NCBI GenBank assembly: GCA_964596405.1 | Contig: CAZQSS010000002.1 | Location: forward strand, 1 to 57,830 | Source: an uncultured Gammaproteobacteria bacterium | GTDB taxonomy: Bacteria; Patescibacteriota; Patescibacteriia; Magasanikbacterales; UBA10003 | Direction: 5' to 3' | DNA length: 57,830 nucleotides | Shown: positions 32,713 to 42,043 of the stretch, in pieces | How positions within the stretch are numbered: the stretch's first letter is position 1 | How the letters are laid out: each line of letters starts with the position of its first letter | Notes under the pieces: generated by a model | The model's input: the letters and a program-made list of their open reading frames with translations, nothing else | Database searches by the model: none | What the model was told of the DNA's origin: nothing | Position numbers and translations under genes: made by a program

Positions 32713-33159
32713 ATGATATTTGACACGACTCAATCCCCCACCACCAAAAATCTAATCGCCGTTATTATTTCGGCGTTTCTAATTACTTTTATTTTGGCGC
32801 GGCTTTTGGTTTATCTGATTCTCGCGGGCTATTTGCCGCCTGAACTTTTTTTGACAGTTAAAGGCGTCCACATTCATCATTTCACCTACGGGGTGATTAT
32901 CTTGAGTATCGTTGGCCTTTATCTGATTTTAAAACGGCCACCGGTTGATTCGCGCCGTTTTAAACTGATCGTTTGGTTTTTTGGCATCGGCCTGGGACTG
33001 ACTTTTGATGAATTTGGCATGTGGGTTCGGCTGGAAGACGACTATTGGATCCGCCAAAGTTATGACGCGATAATTATTGTCGGGCTCCTGCTTTTAAATA
33101 TCGCCTACTACCGGCCGGTCATGAACTGGATGAAAGAGCTGTTTAGAATCAACGACTAA
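32713..33159 (+). CDS. Integral membrane protein (4 TM), unknown function
   Basis: 148-aa hydrophobic ORF. Confidence 0.6.
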   Translation: MIFDTTQSPTTKNLIAVIISAFLITFILARLLVYLILAGYLPPELFLTVKGVHIHHFTYGVIILSIVGLYLILKRPPVDSRRFKLIVWFFGIGLGLTFDEFGMWVRLEDDYWIRQSYDAIIIVGLLLLNIAYYRPVMNWMKELFRIND

Positions 33160-33165
33160 TTTTAA

Positions 33166-33260
33166 GTAAAATACCCCCGAACCTGATCTGTACCCCGTAA
33201 AGTGGACACTTTCGTGTCCACTTTTTGGGGTACAGATCAAACCAATCGGGGGTATTTTAC
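33166..33260. terminator. 95-nt three-tier nested palindrome / bidirectional terminator
   Basis: GTAAAATACCCCCGA..GATCTGTACCCC..AAAGTGGACAC-tttc-GTGTCCACTTT..GGGGTACAGATC..TCGGGGGTATTTTAC, located between convergent genes. Confidence 0.8.
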
Positions 33261-33263
33261 TTA

Positions 33264-33926
33264 TTATTTGAGATGTTTGAGGAGTTCTTGAAAAACCGTC
33301 GGAATGCTTTTCTTGCCATCAACCGTCAAAAGAGCCCGACGATGTCTAAAGTAATCCAAAACCGGCTTTTGGGCTTCATTGCCCTGTTTTCTAAAACGTT
33401 CATGAATAATCGCCGGCGTATCATCGGCGCGATGAACTAATTCACCGCCACATCGATCGCATGCCCTTTTTCTTTTTTTCTCTTTTAAAATAATAGCTGA
33501 ATGACCGCATTGCTTGCAGATCAATCGGAGCGCCGCCCGGCGCAAAGCCTCCGCTTCTTCAAGGTTAATCCAGATGGCTTTGACGCCGCCCCAAAGTTTC
33601 AATTTGGAAAAAAATTCTCCAAAACCCTCAGCCTGCTTCAATGTCCGGACAGCGCCGTCAAGCACAATGCCCTTTTTCTCTTTTAATGCCCACTCAATTG
33701 AAGCAAAAACCAATTCAAAAATTAACCAATCGGCCGCCATGTGGCCTTTTTGTATTTTCATCGCTTCTTCGCGTTCTTTGGGCGAGGCTTTAAAATCTTT
33801 TATCAAATTTCTTAAAAGATGCCCTGTTGAAACATGCTCGTAACCGAAACGCCTGGCCAAAAGTTCCGCTTGGGTGCCCTTGCCCGACCCCGGCGGACCC
33901 ATTAAAATAATAATTTTATACTTCAT
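33264..33926 (-). CDS. adk: Adenylate kinase (zinc-lid type)
   Basis: P-loop GPPGSGKGTQA and lid cysteines CKQCGH..CDRCGG. Confidence 0.9.
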   Translation of the reverse strand: MKYKIIILMGPPGSGKGTQAELLARRFGYEHVSTGHLLRNLIKDFKASPKEREEAMKIQKGHMAADWLIFELVFASIEWALKEKKGIVLDGAVRTLKQAEGFGEFFSKLKLWGGVKAIWINLEEAEALRRAALRLICKQCGHSAIILKEKKRKRACDRCGGELVHRADDTPAIIHERFRKQGNEAQKPVLDYFRHRRALLTVDGKKSIPTVFQELLKHLK

Positions 33927-33928
33927 AA

Positions 33929-34189
33929 TTAAACGCCAAAAAAATCACCAAAAGCATTTTCTATGGCCGACTGATCGTAAGTATTAATTTTGCCGGCGGC
34001 GCGCAAATTTTTTAACAGACGGTGAATTTTATATTGTGATATCTTCCCATCACTCCGAGCCGACTCAAGGGTGGCGCGAATATCCGCACATTGACTATCG
34101 TCTAATGTGTTAATACGAAAATGCGAAATTAATTTTTTTAACTCCTCGTGCGAAATAGGATGAGCTGTTTGATCTAACGGATTAAACAT
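33929..34189 (-). CDS. Hypothetical 86-aa protein between secY and adk
   Basis: Tight operon spacing. No motif recognised. Confidence 0.5.
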   Translation of the reverse strand: MFNPLDQTAHPISHEELKKLISHFRINTLDDSQCADIRATLESARSDGKISQYKIHRLLKNLRAAGKINTYDQSAIENAFGDFFGV

Positions 34190-34261
34190 ATACTTACACT
34201 TAAATAAAATTAAAAAAGACTGCCTTAATAATTATACAACAGTCTTTCAAAAAAATCTATT

Positions 34262-35536
34262 CTAAAACTGCTCGTAATCGCGCATGGTTAACTGTGATTC
34301 AATTTGTTTGACCGTTTCAATCACCACCGAGACCACGATCAGAAGCGAGGTGCCGCCGATTACCATGGCCTGAGTGCTGGTCACTTGTTGTAAAAGAAGC
34401 GGTAAAATAGCAATGGTGCCCAAGAAAATAGAACCGACCAACAAAATGCGATTCATGGTGTATTGCAAATAATCGGCCGTGGCGCGGCCCGGGCGCACAC
34501 CCGGGATAAACCCGCCTTGTTTTTGTAAATTTTCCGCTATCTTTTGCGGATGAAAAATAACCGCGGTATAGAAAAAAGAAAACGCCACCACCAAAACAAA
34601 GTAAATTATGCCATAAACCAACTGATTATTAAAAAGGTTGATGGTGCTTTGGGCCAAATTGGCCAACCACGGGGTGCGCGCATTAAGAAAAAATTGAGCC
34701 ACCATGGAAGGAAATAAAATAATGGAAATGGCAAAAATGATGGGAATAACGCCGGCCATATTTACCCGCAAAGGCAAATGAGTCTGAGCGCCGCCATAAG
34801 TGCGGCCGCCCCTGACTTGACGGGCGTAAGAAACCGGTATGTTGCGCTGACCCTCGGTAATATAAACTACGCTGACAATGGTCACGATGGCCACGGCAAT
34901 AAAGACAATGGTTTGAATCAGCTGATCTCGGTCAAAAGTGACTAAACTTTGTTGAAGTTTTGTGGGTAGGCTGGCCACGATACCGGCAAAAATTAAAAGG
35001 GATATGCCGTTGCCGATATTTTTTTCGGAAATTAATTCACCGATCCACATCACAAAAACCGTGCCAGCGGTAATCGTCAACATGGTGGTGAGTAAACTTA
35101 AAACACTCATTTCACCGACAATGCCCTGAGCCGACTGCTTTAACAACATAATCATGGCGTAAGACTGCATAAAAGCCAAAGGCACGGAGAGAAATCTGGT
35201 ATATTGATTGATGCGGCGCTGGCCGGACTCCCCATCTTTGGATATCTCTTCAAGCTTGGGAATCACCATGGCCAACAACTGAAAGATAATGGAAGCGGTA
35301 ATATAAGGACCAACACCCAACATAACAATGGAAAAATTTTCCATGGTGCCGCCGGAAAAAATATTCATCAAACCCAAAATTTGATTAGACTGAAAAAATT
35401 GGCGCAAAGCCACGATATCAACACCCGGCACCGGAATGTGAGCGGCCACTCTGATAATGGCCAACATAGCCAAAACAAAAAGAATGCTGTTGCGCAGATC
35501 TTTTATTCTCCAAATTTGCTGTATCTTCTCCCACAT
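34262..35536 (-). CDS. secY: Preprotein translocase subunit SecY
   Basis: 424 aa with 10 TM segments, SecY blocks (GGTMENFSIVMLGVGPYITASII.. etc.) and position after rplO. Confidence 0.95.
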   Translation of the reverse strand: MWEKIQQIWRIKDLRNSILFVLAMLAIIRVAAHIPVPGVDIVALRQFFQSNQILGLMNIFSGGTMENFSIVMLGVGPYITASIIFQLLAMVIPKLEEISKDGESGQRRINQYTRFLSVPLAFMQSYAMIMLLKQSAQGIVGEMSVLSLLTTMLTITAGTVFVMWIGELISEKNIGNGISLLIFAGIVASLPTKLQQSLVTFDRDQLIQTIVFIAVAIVTIVSVVYITEGQRNIPVSYARQVRGGRTYGGAQTHLPLRVNMAGVIPIIFAISIILFPSMVAQFFLNARTPWLANLAQSTINLFNNQLVYGIIYFVLVVAFSFFYTAVIFHPQKIAENLQKQGGFIPGVRPGRATADYLQYTMNRILLVGSIFLGTIAILPLLLQQVTSTQAMVIGGTSLLIVVSVVIETVKQIESQLTMRDYEQF

Positions 35537-35633
35537 ATTGAATATGATGCTAATCTACAAATTCTTATATACGAATCTACAAATATAATTTGTAATATTC
35601 GTAGATTTGTATATTATATTCGTTGATTCGTAT
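35537..35633 (-). repeat. About 95-nt intercistronic repeat family (copy 2)
   Basis: The transcribed strand reads GATACGAATCAACGAATATAATATACAAATCTACGAATA..TATTTGTAGATTCGTATA..TAGATTAGCATCATATTCAAT-ATG. It supplies the last codons and stop of rplO and runs to the secY start. Confidence 0.85.
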
Positions 35634-36084
35634 CTTCTATAATTGAGCCGCCGGCTTTTTCTATTTTTTCTTTAGCGCCGGCGGAAACGCGGCAACCGCT
35701 AATTTCCAGTTTCTTGCTTAATTCGCCATTGTTTAATATTTTGACCCCGGCGGTAACATCCGATTGAACTAAAACTCCTTTTTTTATCAATTCCTCCGGT
35801 GTCACTTTTTCTCCATCTTTAAAATGTTTATCCAACTCGCCCAGATTAACCGTGGCGGGTTTAAAATAAATACTTTTAAAACCGCGCGCTTTCGGAATAC
35901 TCAAAAGTAAATGGCGCATGCCTTTTCTTTTCAAGATACCCTTTTTGCTGCCAGTTCTGGCTTTTTGGCCTTTTAAACCGCGGGTACTATAAGTACCGTG
36001 CCCCGAAGCATTGCCGCGACCGAGCAGTTTTCTTTTTTTCTTAGCGCCGAATTTGGGGTTTAAATTGTGTAATCCTATAGTCAT
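35614..36084 (-). CDS. rplO: 50S ribosomal protein L15
   Basis: Sequence match and operon position. It directly follows rpsE with no rpmD between them. Confidence 0.93.
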   Translation of the reverse strand: MTIGLHNLNPKFGAKKKRKLLGRGNASGHGTYSTRGLKGQKARTGSKKGILKRKGMRHLLLSIPKARGFKSIYFKPATVNLGELDKHFKDGEKVTPEELIKKGVLVQSDVTAGVKILNNGELSKKLEISGCRVSAGAKEKIEKAGGSIIEDTNQRI

Positions 36085-36102
36085 ACTTTTAACTTTACAG
36101 CC

Positions 36103-36660
36103 TTACTTTCTGCGGGCTCTTAATTTTTTTATAGCCTCAAAAGTCGCTTTTATATTGTTAATCTTGCTTTTAGACCCTAAACATTTTGAAACAACATCGG
36201 GTACGCCGGCCGCTTCCAGCACCATACGCACCGAACCGCCGGCAATAATACCGGAACCGGGTGGGGCCGGTTTGAGCAACACCTTGGCGGCTTTATACTT
36301 GGCATAAACAACGTGAGGAATGGTCGTGCCTTTTTCTAAAATAATTTTTACCATGTTCTTTTTGGCCTGACGGGCGGCTTTACTGAGAGCCAGCGTCACA
36401 TCCGCGCCTTTGGCTACGCCAAAACCAACGCTACCTTTTTTATCGCCCACCACCACGCAAGCACGGAAGCGCATTCTTTTACCGCCTTTGGTGACACGGG
36501 TAACGCGCGCCAATTCAACAGTCGTCTGAATTAAATCTTTATCAACGCCATCAGAGCCCGCTCTGTCGCGGCCGCGTCTGTCCCGGCGATCGCCGTCTTT
36601 GCTTTTTTCTTTTCCCCCGAATGAGGCTCCGCCTCTACCGGGATTTTTTGCCTGAAACAT
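36103..36660 (-). CDS. rpsE: 30S ribosomal protein S5 (Arg/Gly-rich N-terminal extension)
   Basis: Block RVTRVTKGGKRMRFRACVVVGD. Confidence 0.95.
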   Translation of the reverse strand: MFQAKNPGRGGASFGGKEKSKDGDRRDRRGRDRAGSDGVDKDLIQTTVELARVTRVTKGGKRMRFRACVVVGDKKGSVGFGVAKGADVTLALSKAARQAKKNMVKIILEKGTTIPHVVYAKYKAAKVLLKPAPPGSGIIAGGSVRMVLEAAGVPDVVSKCLGSKSKINNIKATFEAIKKLRARRK

Positions 36661-36663
36661 AAT

Positions 36664-37032
36664 TTAAAATTTTAAACCACCGGCGCGGGCGCCATCGGCT
36701 ACCGCCTTAACCCGGCCATGATATTTATAACCGCCGCGATCGAAACAAACTTTTTCAACGCCTTTTTTTACGGCTTCTTTGGCCAAAACTAAACCGGTTT
36801 CATAAGCCAATCCGGTTTTGCCGGTCAAACCGCTTTCTTTACCAACCTTAAGACCTTGGCTCGAAACAGACACTAAAGTTTTGCTCGATTCATCGTCAAT
36901 CAACTGAGCGTAAATTTGTTTTAAACTGCGGAACACGGAAAGACGGGGCATAACCGCTGTCCCGCTCACCCGGCCACGAACTCTGGCATGACGCAATTTT
37001 CTTTTATCTTTTTTTTGTTTGACTAAATCCAT
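36664..37032 (-). CDS. rplR: 50S ribosomal protein L18
   Basis: Sequence match and operon position. Confidence 0.95.
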   Translation of the reverse strand: MDLVKQKKDKRKLRHARVRGRVSGTAVMPRLSVFRSLKQIYAQLIDDESSKTLVSVSSQGLKVGKESGLTGKTGLAYETGLVLAKEAVKKGVEKVCFDRGGYKYHGRVKAVADGARAGGLKF

Positions 37033-37045
37033 ATTAATCTTTTAA

Positions 37046-37597
37046 TTAAGAAGCTTTGGCGGCAGTGGCGGCCTTACCGGCCTTACGGCGGATAATTTCA
37101 TCGGCATATTTAATGCCCTTGCCCAAATAAGGCTCCGGTGGTTTAATTGAACGGATATTGGCAGCGACACTGCCCACCAGCTGTTTATCAATGCCCCTGA
37201 TTTTAATAATATTTTTTTCCATGACGATTTCAATTCCGGCCGGAATAGGAAAGTCGACCGAATGAGAAAAACCCACGTCTAAAACCAAATTTTGACCCCG
37301 GACTTCGGCTTTAAAACCAATGCCGTTCATTTCCAGTTTTTTTTCAAAACCCTGAGTCACGCCCGTCACCATGTTTTTAATCAAGCTGGCAAATAATCCC
37401 CACAAAGCCTTATCTTGAAGATTTTCCGGATTAACGACAGTAATAGATAAAGACGAGCCCTCAATATTGACTTTAACTCTTGAGTGAACAGTCACGGTTA
37501 GAGTTCCCTTGGGACCGGTGATGGTTAATTTACCATCCTGCAGAGAACCGGTGACTCCAGCCGGCATGATAATCGGTTTTTTTCCTAATCTGGACAT
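37046..37597 (-). CDS. rplF: 50S ribosomal protein L6
   Basis: N-terminus MSRLGKKPI and operon position. Confidence 0.95.
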   Translation of the reverse strand: MSRLGKKPIIMPAGVTGSLQDGKLTITGPKGTLTVTVHSRVKVNIEGSSLSITVVNPENLQDKALWGLFASLIKNMVTGVTQGFEKKLEMNGIGFKAEVRGQNLVLDVGFSHSVDFPIPAGIEIVMEKNIIKIRGIDKQLVGSVAANIRSIKPPEPYLGKGIKYADEIIRRKAGKAATAAKAS

Positions 37598-37608
37598 ATA
37601 ACAAACAA

Positions 37609-38007
37609 TTAATAGACTTCACAAATAACCTCACCGCCCAACTTTCTCTTACGCGCTTCTTTTTCGGTGACTAAGCCCTGAGAAGTGGAAACAATGGCAA
37701 AACCCATACCGTTTCTAACTTTTGGCAAATTATTTTGATTAACATAAAGGCGACGACCCGGCTTGCTGACTCTGTCTAAACCATTAATGACCGGCGTTCG
37801 GCCGCTATATTTTAAATGAATGCGGATATCTTTGCGCGCGGTTACGCCCTCTTCTTCGTTTTCAATTTTTTCCACAAAACCTTCCTGCTCTAAAATCTTG
37901 GCAATAGCCAATTTAATTTTGGAAAACGGAATAACCACCTCAGCTTTTCTCACAGCTGAAGCGTTTCTAATTCTTGTTAACATGTCTGAAATTGGATCAG
38001 TAAACAT
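37609..38007 (-). CDS. rpsH: 30S ribosomal protein S8
   Basis: Block DPISDMLTRIRNA. Confidence 0.95.
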   Translation of the reverse strand: MFTDPISDMLTRIRNASAVRKAEVVIPFSKIKLAIAKILEQEGFVEKIENEEEGVTARKDIRIHLKYSGRTPVINGLDRVSKPGRRLYVNQNNLPKVRNGMGFAIVSTSQGLVTEKEARKRKLGGEVICEVY

Positions 38008-38021
38008 AATTTTATATTTGA

Positions 38022-38204
38022 TTACCAGCTGGCTTTTTTAATGCCGGGCATTTCGCCCCGATTGGCTAATTCGCGAAAACAAATACGGCACAACTCAAAA
38101 TCCCTCATATACCCATGACGGCGGCCGCAGCGCCAGCAACGGTTGACTTTGCGGGTGCTGAATTTCGGCGTCCTCTTTGATTTATTTCTTTGCGCTAGTG
38201 TCAT
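38022..38204 (-). CDS. rpsN: 30S ribosomal protein S14, type Z (zinc-binding)
   Basis: 60 aa with CWRCGR..CRICFRE. Confidence 0.93.
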   Translation of the reverse strand: MTLAQRNKSKRTPKFSTRKVNRCWRCGRRHGYMRDFELCRICFRELANRGEMPGIKKASW

Positions 38205-38206
38205 AA

Positions 38207-38746
38207 TTATTTTTCTTGTAAGGGTAAACCTAAATACTTAAAAAGATTTTTACCTTCTTCTTTGGTTTTAGCGGTCGTCACTATTGAAACTTCCAAACCA
38301 TGAACCCGCTCTACTTCGTCGGAACGAATCTCCGGAAAAGCGATGTTTTCTCTAAAACCAATAGTCAAACAATTGCCCCGACCCAACGATTTTAACGGTA
38401 AACCGCGAAAATCACGCACCCGGGGCAAGGTCACGTTAATTAATTTTTCTAAAAAATCAAACATCCGATGGCCGCGTAAAGTCACCATGGCGCCAATAAC
38501 CTCGCCTTTACGTATTTTAAAAGCGGAAATTGATTTTTTAGCCTTGGTCCAAACCGGTTTTTGGCTTGTCACTCGTTTTAAAGTATCCTCAATCATGTCC
38601 TGAATCTTGGGTTCTTTGCGGATCTTGCCAAAACTGGCGTTAACCACAACCTTGACCAAACGAGGCACTTGGTTGACATTTCTATAATTAAAATCCTTCT
38701 GCATTTTGGGAGCGACTGATTTTTTGTAGAATTCCTGTAAAGACAT
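38207..38746 (-). CDS. rplE: 50S ribosomal protein L5
   Basis: Sequence match and operon position. Confidence 0.95.
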   Translation of the reverse strand: MSLQEFYKKSVAPKMQKDFNYRNVNQVPRLVKVVVNASFGKIRKEPKIQDMIEDTLKRVTSQKPVWTKAKKSISAFKIRKGEVIGAMVTLRGHRMFDFLEKLINVTLPRVRDFRGLPLKSLGRGNCLTIGFRENIAFPEIRSDEVERVHGLEVSIVTTAKTKEEGKNLFKYLGLPLQEK

Positions 38747-38747
38747 A

Positions 38748-38873
38748 CCCCGTTAGAAGTTAGATAAATCAAGTTAAATAATTTTTTGATGTAATGATAG
38801 ATTGCTGAATACCACCGCCAGTGTTCAAACAAAAATTTTTCTAAAATTTTTGTTTTGAGAACTTCTAACGGGG
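38748..38873. repeat. Intercistronic palindromic element between rplX and rplE
   Basis: 14-bp arms CCCCGTTAGAAGTT / AACTTCTAACGGGG enclosing about 98 nt. Confidence 0.75.
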
Positions 38874-38879
38874 CATATT

Positions 38880-39191
38880 TTAGATTACTTCGTTACATTT
38901 TTTACAAAAACGAACTTTATTTTCGGCTTCTTGCCTAAAACCCGATCTGACCCCGCGAGCGCAACGTTCACAGTATAACGCCGCTTTAGATATATAAAAA
39001 GGCGCCGGCAATTCAATAATTTGCCCTTTTTGTCCGGCCTTGCGGGTCTTTAAGTGTTTCTTTACAATATTCACACCCTCAACCACCAGCTTGCCGCTTT
39101 CCGAAAAAACCTGAATGATTTTGCCGATTTTTCCTTTATTTTTACCGGCCAAAACAATCACCTTGTCGCCGGTTTTAAACTTCTTAATCAT
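38880..39191 (-). CDS. rplX: 50S ribosomal protein L24 with C-terminal zinc-ribbon extension
   Basis: KOW motif [15 protein letters not shown]-terminus [15 protein letters not shown]. Confidence 0.9.
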   Translation of the reverse strand: MIKKFKTGDKVIVLAGKNKGKIGKIIQVFSESGKLVVEGVNIVKKHLKTRKAGQKGQIIELPAPFYISKAALYCERCARGVRSGFRQEAENKVRFCKKCNEVI

Positions 39192-39556
39192 AATACTTCT
39201 GGCGCTAAAGAAATAATTTTAATATAATTTTCGCGCAATTCTCTGGCCACCGGCCCAAAAATACGCGTGCCTTTGGGCTCGCGGCTTTCTTTGTCAATAA
39301 TAACAGCGGCATTATCGTCAAAACGGACATAAGTGCCGTCTTTACGCTTGATTTCTTTGGTCGAACGCACTAAAACCGCCATGACTATTTCACCTTTTTT
39401 AATGACACCGTGCGGATCCGCTTTTTTAACTACGGCATTAAAAATCTCGCCAATTCTGGCATAGCGTTTACGATAACCGCCCAACACACCAATACACTGA
39501 ATGATTTTGGGTCCGGTATTGTCGGCGACATTGACCATTGTTCTTAATTGCACCAT
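39188..39556 (-). CDS. rplN: 50S ribosomal protein L14
   Basis: N-terminus [15 protein letters not shown]. Confidence 0.95.
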   Translation of the reverse strand: MVQLRTMVNVADNTGPKIIQCIGVLGGYRKRYARIGEIFNAVVKKADPHGVIKKGEIVMAVLVRSTKEIKRKDGTYVRFDDNAAVIIDKESREPKGTRIFGPVARELRENYIKIISLAPEVL

Positions 39557-39656
39557 ATAAAATATGATTCTAATCTACAAATCTTGTGAACGAATCTACG
39601 AATATGATTTGTAGCATTTGTGGATTTGTATATTAAATTTGTTGATTCGTATCGTC
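39557..39656 (-). repeat. About 95-nt intercistronic repeat family (copy 3)
   Basis: Between the rpsQ stop and the rplN start. Aligns with copies 1, 2 and 4. Confidence 0.85.
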
Positions 39657-39905
39657 TTAATAGATGACTCTCCATTTTTTATCTTTGGAGATGGGGCGGC
39701 AAGGCTCAAACTTAACCAAATCACCTTCTTTATATTGCCCCTTGGGGTCATGCACTTTATACTTTTTACTGACAGTGTATTGCTTTAAATACTTTTCATT
39801 TTTCTTAACCCGGTCAACATTAACCACAATAGTTTTGGCCATTTTGGCCGATACTACCAATCCGCTAAAAACTTTTTTTACTTTAGTTTGTTGCATACCG
39901 TACAC
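39657..39905 (-). CDS. rpsQ: 30S ribosomal protein S17
   Basis: Sequence match and operon position. Confidence 0.93.
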   Translation of the reverse strand: MYGMQQTKVKKVFSGLVVSAKMAKTIVVNVDRVKKNEKYLKQYTVSKKYKVHDPKGQYKEGDLVKFEPCRPISKDKKWRVIY

Positions 39906-39914
39906 TTAAGATAT

Positions 39915-40109
39915 TTAAGCTTTCTTAATATTTTTTAAAATGGTCAAAACCCTGGCGACCTTCTTTTTCAATTTGGTAATCTCCGACCAATTTTTTAGCT
40001 CGCGGCTATGGGCTTTAAAACGCAAACCGGTTAGGCCGTCTCGGCCTTCTTCCAGGAGGATATTAAGCTCTTCAACGGTTTTTTGTTTTAATTCTTCAAA
40101 TTCTTTCAT
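39915..40109 (-). CDS. rpmC: 50S ribosomal protein L29
   Basis: Sequence match and operon position. Confidence 0.9.
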   Translation of the reverse strand: MKEFEELKQKTVEELNILLEEGRDGLTGLRFKAHSRELKNWSEITKLKKKVARVLTILKNIKKA

Positions 40110-40111
40110 AT

Positions 40112-40525
40112 TTAAACTTTTTTCACCACTATGGTGGTAACCGGTAATTTATATCCGGCCAGCTTCAAAGCTTTTTTGGCAGTCGCTTCGTCCACGCCGT
40201 CAATTTCAAACATAATTGTGCCCGGTTTAACCGGAGCCACAAAGTAATCTACGGCGCCCTTACCGCCACCCATGGTGCTTTCATTGCCGTGATTGGTCAC
40301 CGGTTTATCCGGAAAAATTCTAATCCAGACCTTGCCGCCTTTTTTAAGAAAACGCGTGATGGTGCGGCGGGCGGCTTCAATTTGACGCGCGGTAATCCAG
40401 CAACATTCCAAGGACTTCAAACCATGGCTGCCAAAAGCAACAAAATTTTTGGCGGTCGCGATACCGGTGCGACGGCGACGCCCCTTGTGCCATTTTCTGT
40501 GTTTTACTTTCTTGGGAAACAACAT
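40112..40525 (-). CDS. rplP: 50S ribosomal protein L16
   Basis: N-terminus [16 protein letters not shown]. Confidence 0.95.
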   Translation of the reverse strand: MLFPKKVKHRKWHKGRRRRTGIATAKNFVAFGSHGLKSLECCWITARQIEAARRTITRFLKKGGKVWIRIFPDKPVTNHGNESTMGGGKGAVDYFVAPVKPGTIMFEIDGVDEATAKKALKLAGYKLPVTTIVVKKV

Positions 40526-40531
40526 ATTATC

Positions 40532-41206
40532 TTAATTTTTATTTCCGCCAGAGGCGGATCCGCTTTTAGCGGAAAAAACCTCACCCTTGTAAATCCAGAC
40601 CTTGATGCCGATAGCGCCATAAATAGTGTGGGCCGTGTCGCCAAAATAATCAATCTCAGCGCGTAAATTCTGCAAAGGGATGGTGCCGGAACTCAATTTT
40701 TCGGTGCGAGCGATCTCCGCGCCGTTTAAACGTCCCGCCACGCAGACCTTAACACCCAAACCGCCGGCGCGGCGCACTTTTTCAATCGCCTGCTTTAAAA
40801 CCCGACGAAAAGGCATGCGTTTTTCAATCTCATCAATCATCCCCTGAAGAATTATCGGGGCGGAAAGATTGGGTTGGGCGACTTCTTGAATATTTAATTT
40901 TACGTTGATTTTGTCTTTAGTAAAAAACTGTTTTAGGACTTTTTTTCTTAAATCTTCGGCGCCGGCTCCCCCGCGGCCGATAATCACGCCCGGCCTGGCC
41001 ACGAGCAGTGTAATCGTCACTTCTTTAATATTTCTTTCAATTTGAATAGCGCCAATACCGGCCTCTTTACAAATCTTTTTCAAGAACTCTTTAATTAAAA
41101 TATCCTGACGCAAAAATTCCGGATATTTTTTTTGCGAAATCCATTTGGAATCCCAGCCATAAACAGTGCCGATACGAAATATTTTTGGATGTACTTTATG
41201 TCCCAT
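40532..41206 (-). CDS. rpsC: 30S ribosomal protein S3
   Basis: N-terminus MGHKVHPKIFRIG and a KH domain. Confidence 0.95.
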   Translation of the reverse strand: MGHKVHPKIFRIGTVYGWDSKWISQKKYPEFLRQDILIKEFLKKICKEAGIGAIQIERNIKEVTITLLVARPGVIIGRGGAGAEDLRKKVLKQFFTKDKINVKLNIQEVAQPNLSAPIILQGMIDEIEKRMPFRRVLKQAIEKVRRAGGLGVKVCVAGRLNGAEIARTEKLSSGTIPLQNLRAEIDYFGDTAHTIYGAIGIKVWIYKGEVFSAKSGSASGGNKN

Positions 41207-41210
41207 AAAA

Positions 41211-41552
41211 TTATTTCTTAGTCTGATCAGCCAAAACCAAATTTATATGACAGCTGTGCTTCTTAATGGTATAGCCGCGGCCAAAGGCTCTGGGTCTCAT
41301 TCTTTTAAGTGGTGAACCCTGGTTAACCGTAATGGCCTTAACATATAAATTGCCGGCAGTCATATTGGTGTTGTGCGTAGCGTTGGCCACGGCCGACTTT
41401 AATAATTTGCGCAAAGGAGTGGCCGCGCCTTTTTGGGTGAAAGCCAAAACCGTTTCCGCCTGAACCGCTGACTTACCCCGAATCAAATCTGCCACTAAAC
41501 GCACCTTGCGGCTGGACATTCTGATAGATTTTATTGAAGCTTTTACTTCCAT
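41211..41552 (-). CDS. rplV: 50S ribosomal protein L22
   Basis: Sequence match and operon position. Confidence 0.93.
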   Translation of the reverse strand: MEVKASIKSIRMSSRKVRLVADLIRGKSAVQAETVLAFTQKGAATPLRKLLKSAVANATHNTNMTAGNLYVKAITVNQGSPLKRMRPRAFGRGYTIKKHSCHINLVLADQTKK

Positions 41553-41562
41553 ACATTAATAA

Positions 41563-41901
41563 TTACTTTTTCTTGTCGTCAGTTTTAGTGGCGCTGCTGG
41601 CGGCCTTTTCCGAATCAGCTTGTTTTGTTTCCAAATCTTTCTGCATCTTACCGCCGTGTTTAACAAATTTCCGCGTTAAAGAAAATTCGCCCAAATGATG
41701 GCCCACCATGTTTTCAACGATGTTCACCGATACATGGTCGCGGCCATTATGAACGCCAATAGTAAAACCAACCATCTCCGGAGTAACAGCGGAATCACGA
41801 GACCAGGTTTTGATAATAGTTTTATCGCCGGGTCTCAGCTTGGAAATCTTCTTTAGTAATTTCGGATCGGTGAAAAAACCTTTTTTTAAACTACGGCTCA
41901 T
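41563..41901 (-). CDS. rpsS: 30S ribosomal protein S19
   Basis: Start trimmed to [12 protein letters not shown] because the 11 upstream in-frame codons belong to the MITE-like element. Confidence 0.93.
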   Translation of the reverse strand: MSRSLKKGFFTDPKLLKKISKLRPGDKTIIKTWSRDSAVTPEMVGFTIGVHNGRDHVSVNIVENMVGHHLGEFSLTRKFVKHGGKMQKDLETKQADSEKAASSATKTDDKKK

Positions 41902-42040
41902 ACCCAGTATATCAACCCCGCATGATTTCATCACTTGGGGATTTTAAGTTAATTTATTATTTAATCTTGATAACCCAGTAAAAACGACTGTCCCCTTGTG
42001 TTTCGCGAAGCGAAACTTGCGGGGTTGTATTACTGGGCAT
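41902..42040 (-). mobile_element. MITE-like element with terminal inverted repeats (copy B), inside the S10 operon
   Basis: The reverse complement aligns end to end with 5369-5506. It fills the rplB-rpsS intergenic space and ends at the rpsS start codon. Confidence 0.8.
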
Positions 42041-42043
42041 AGG

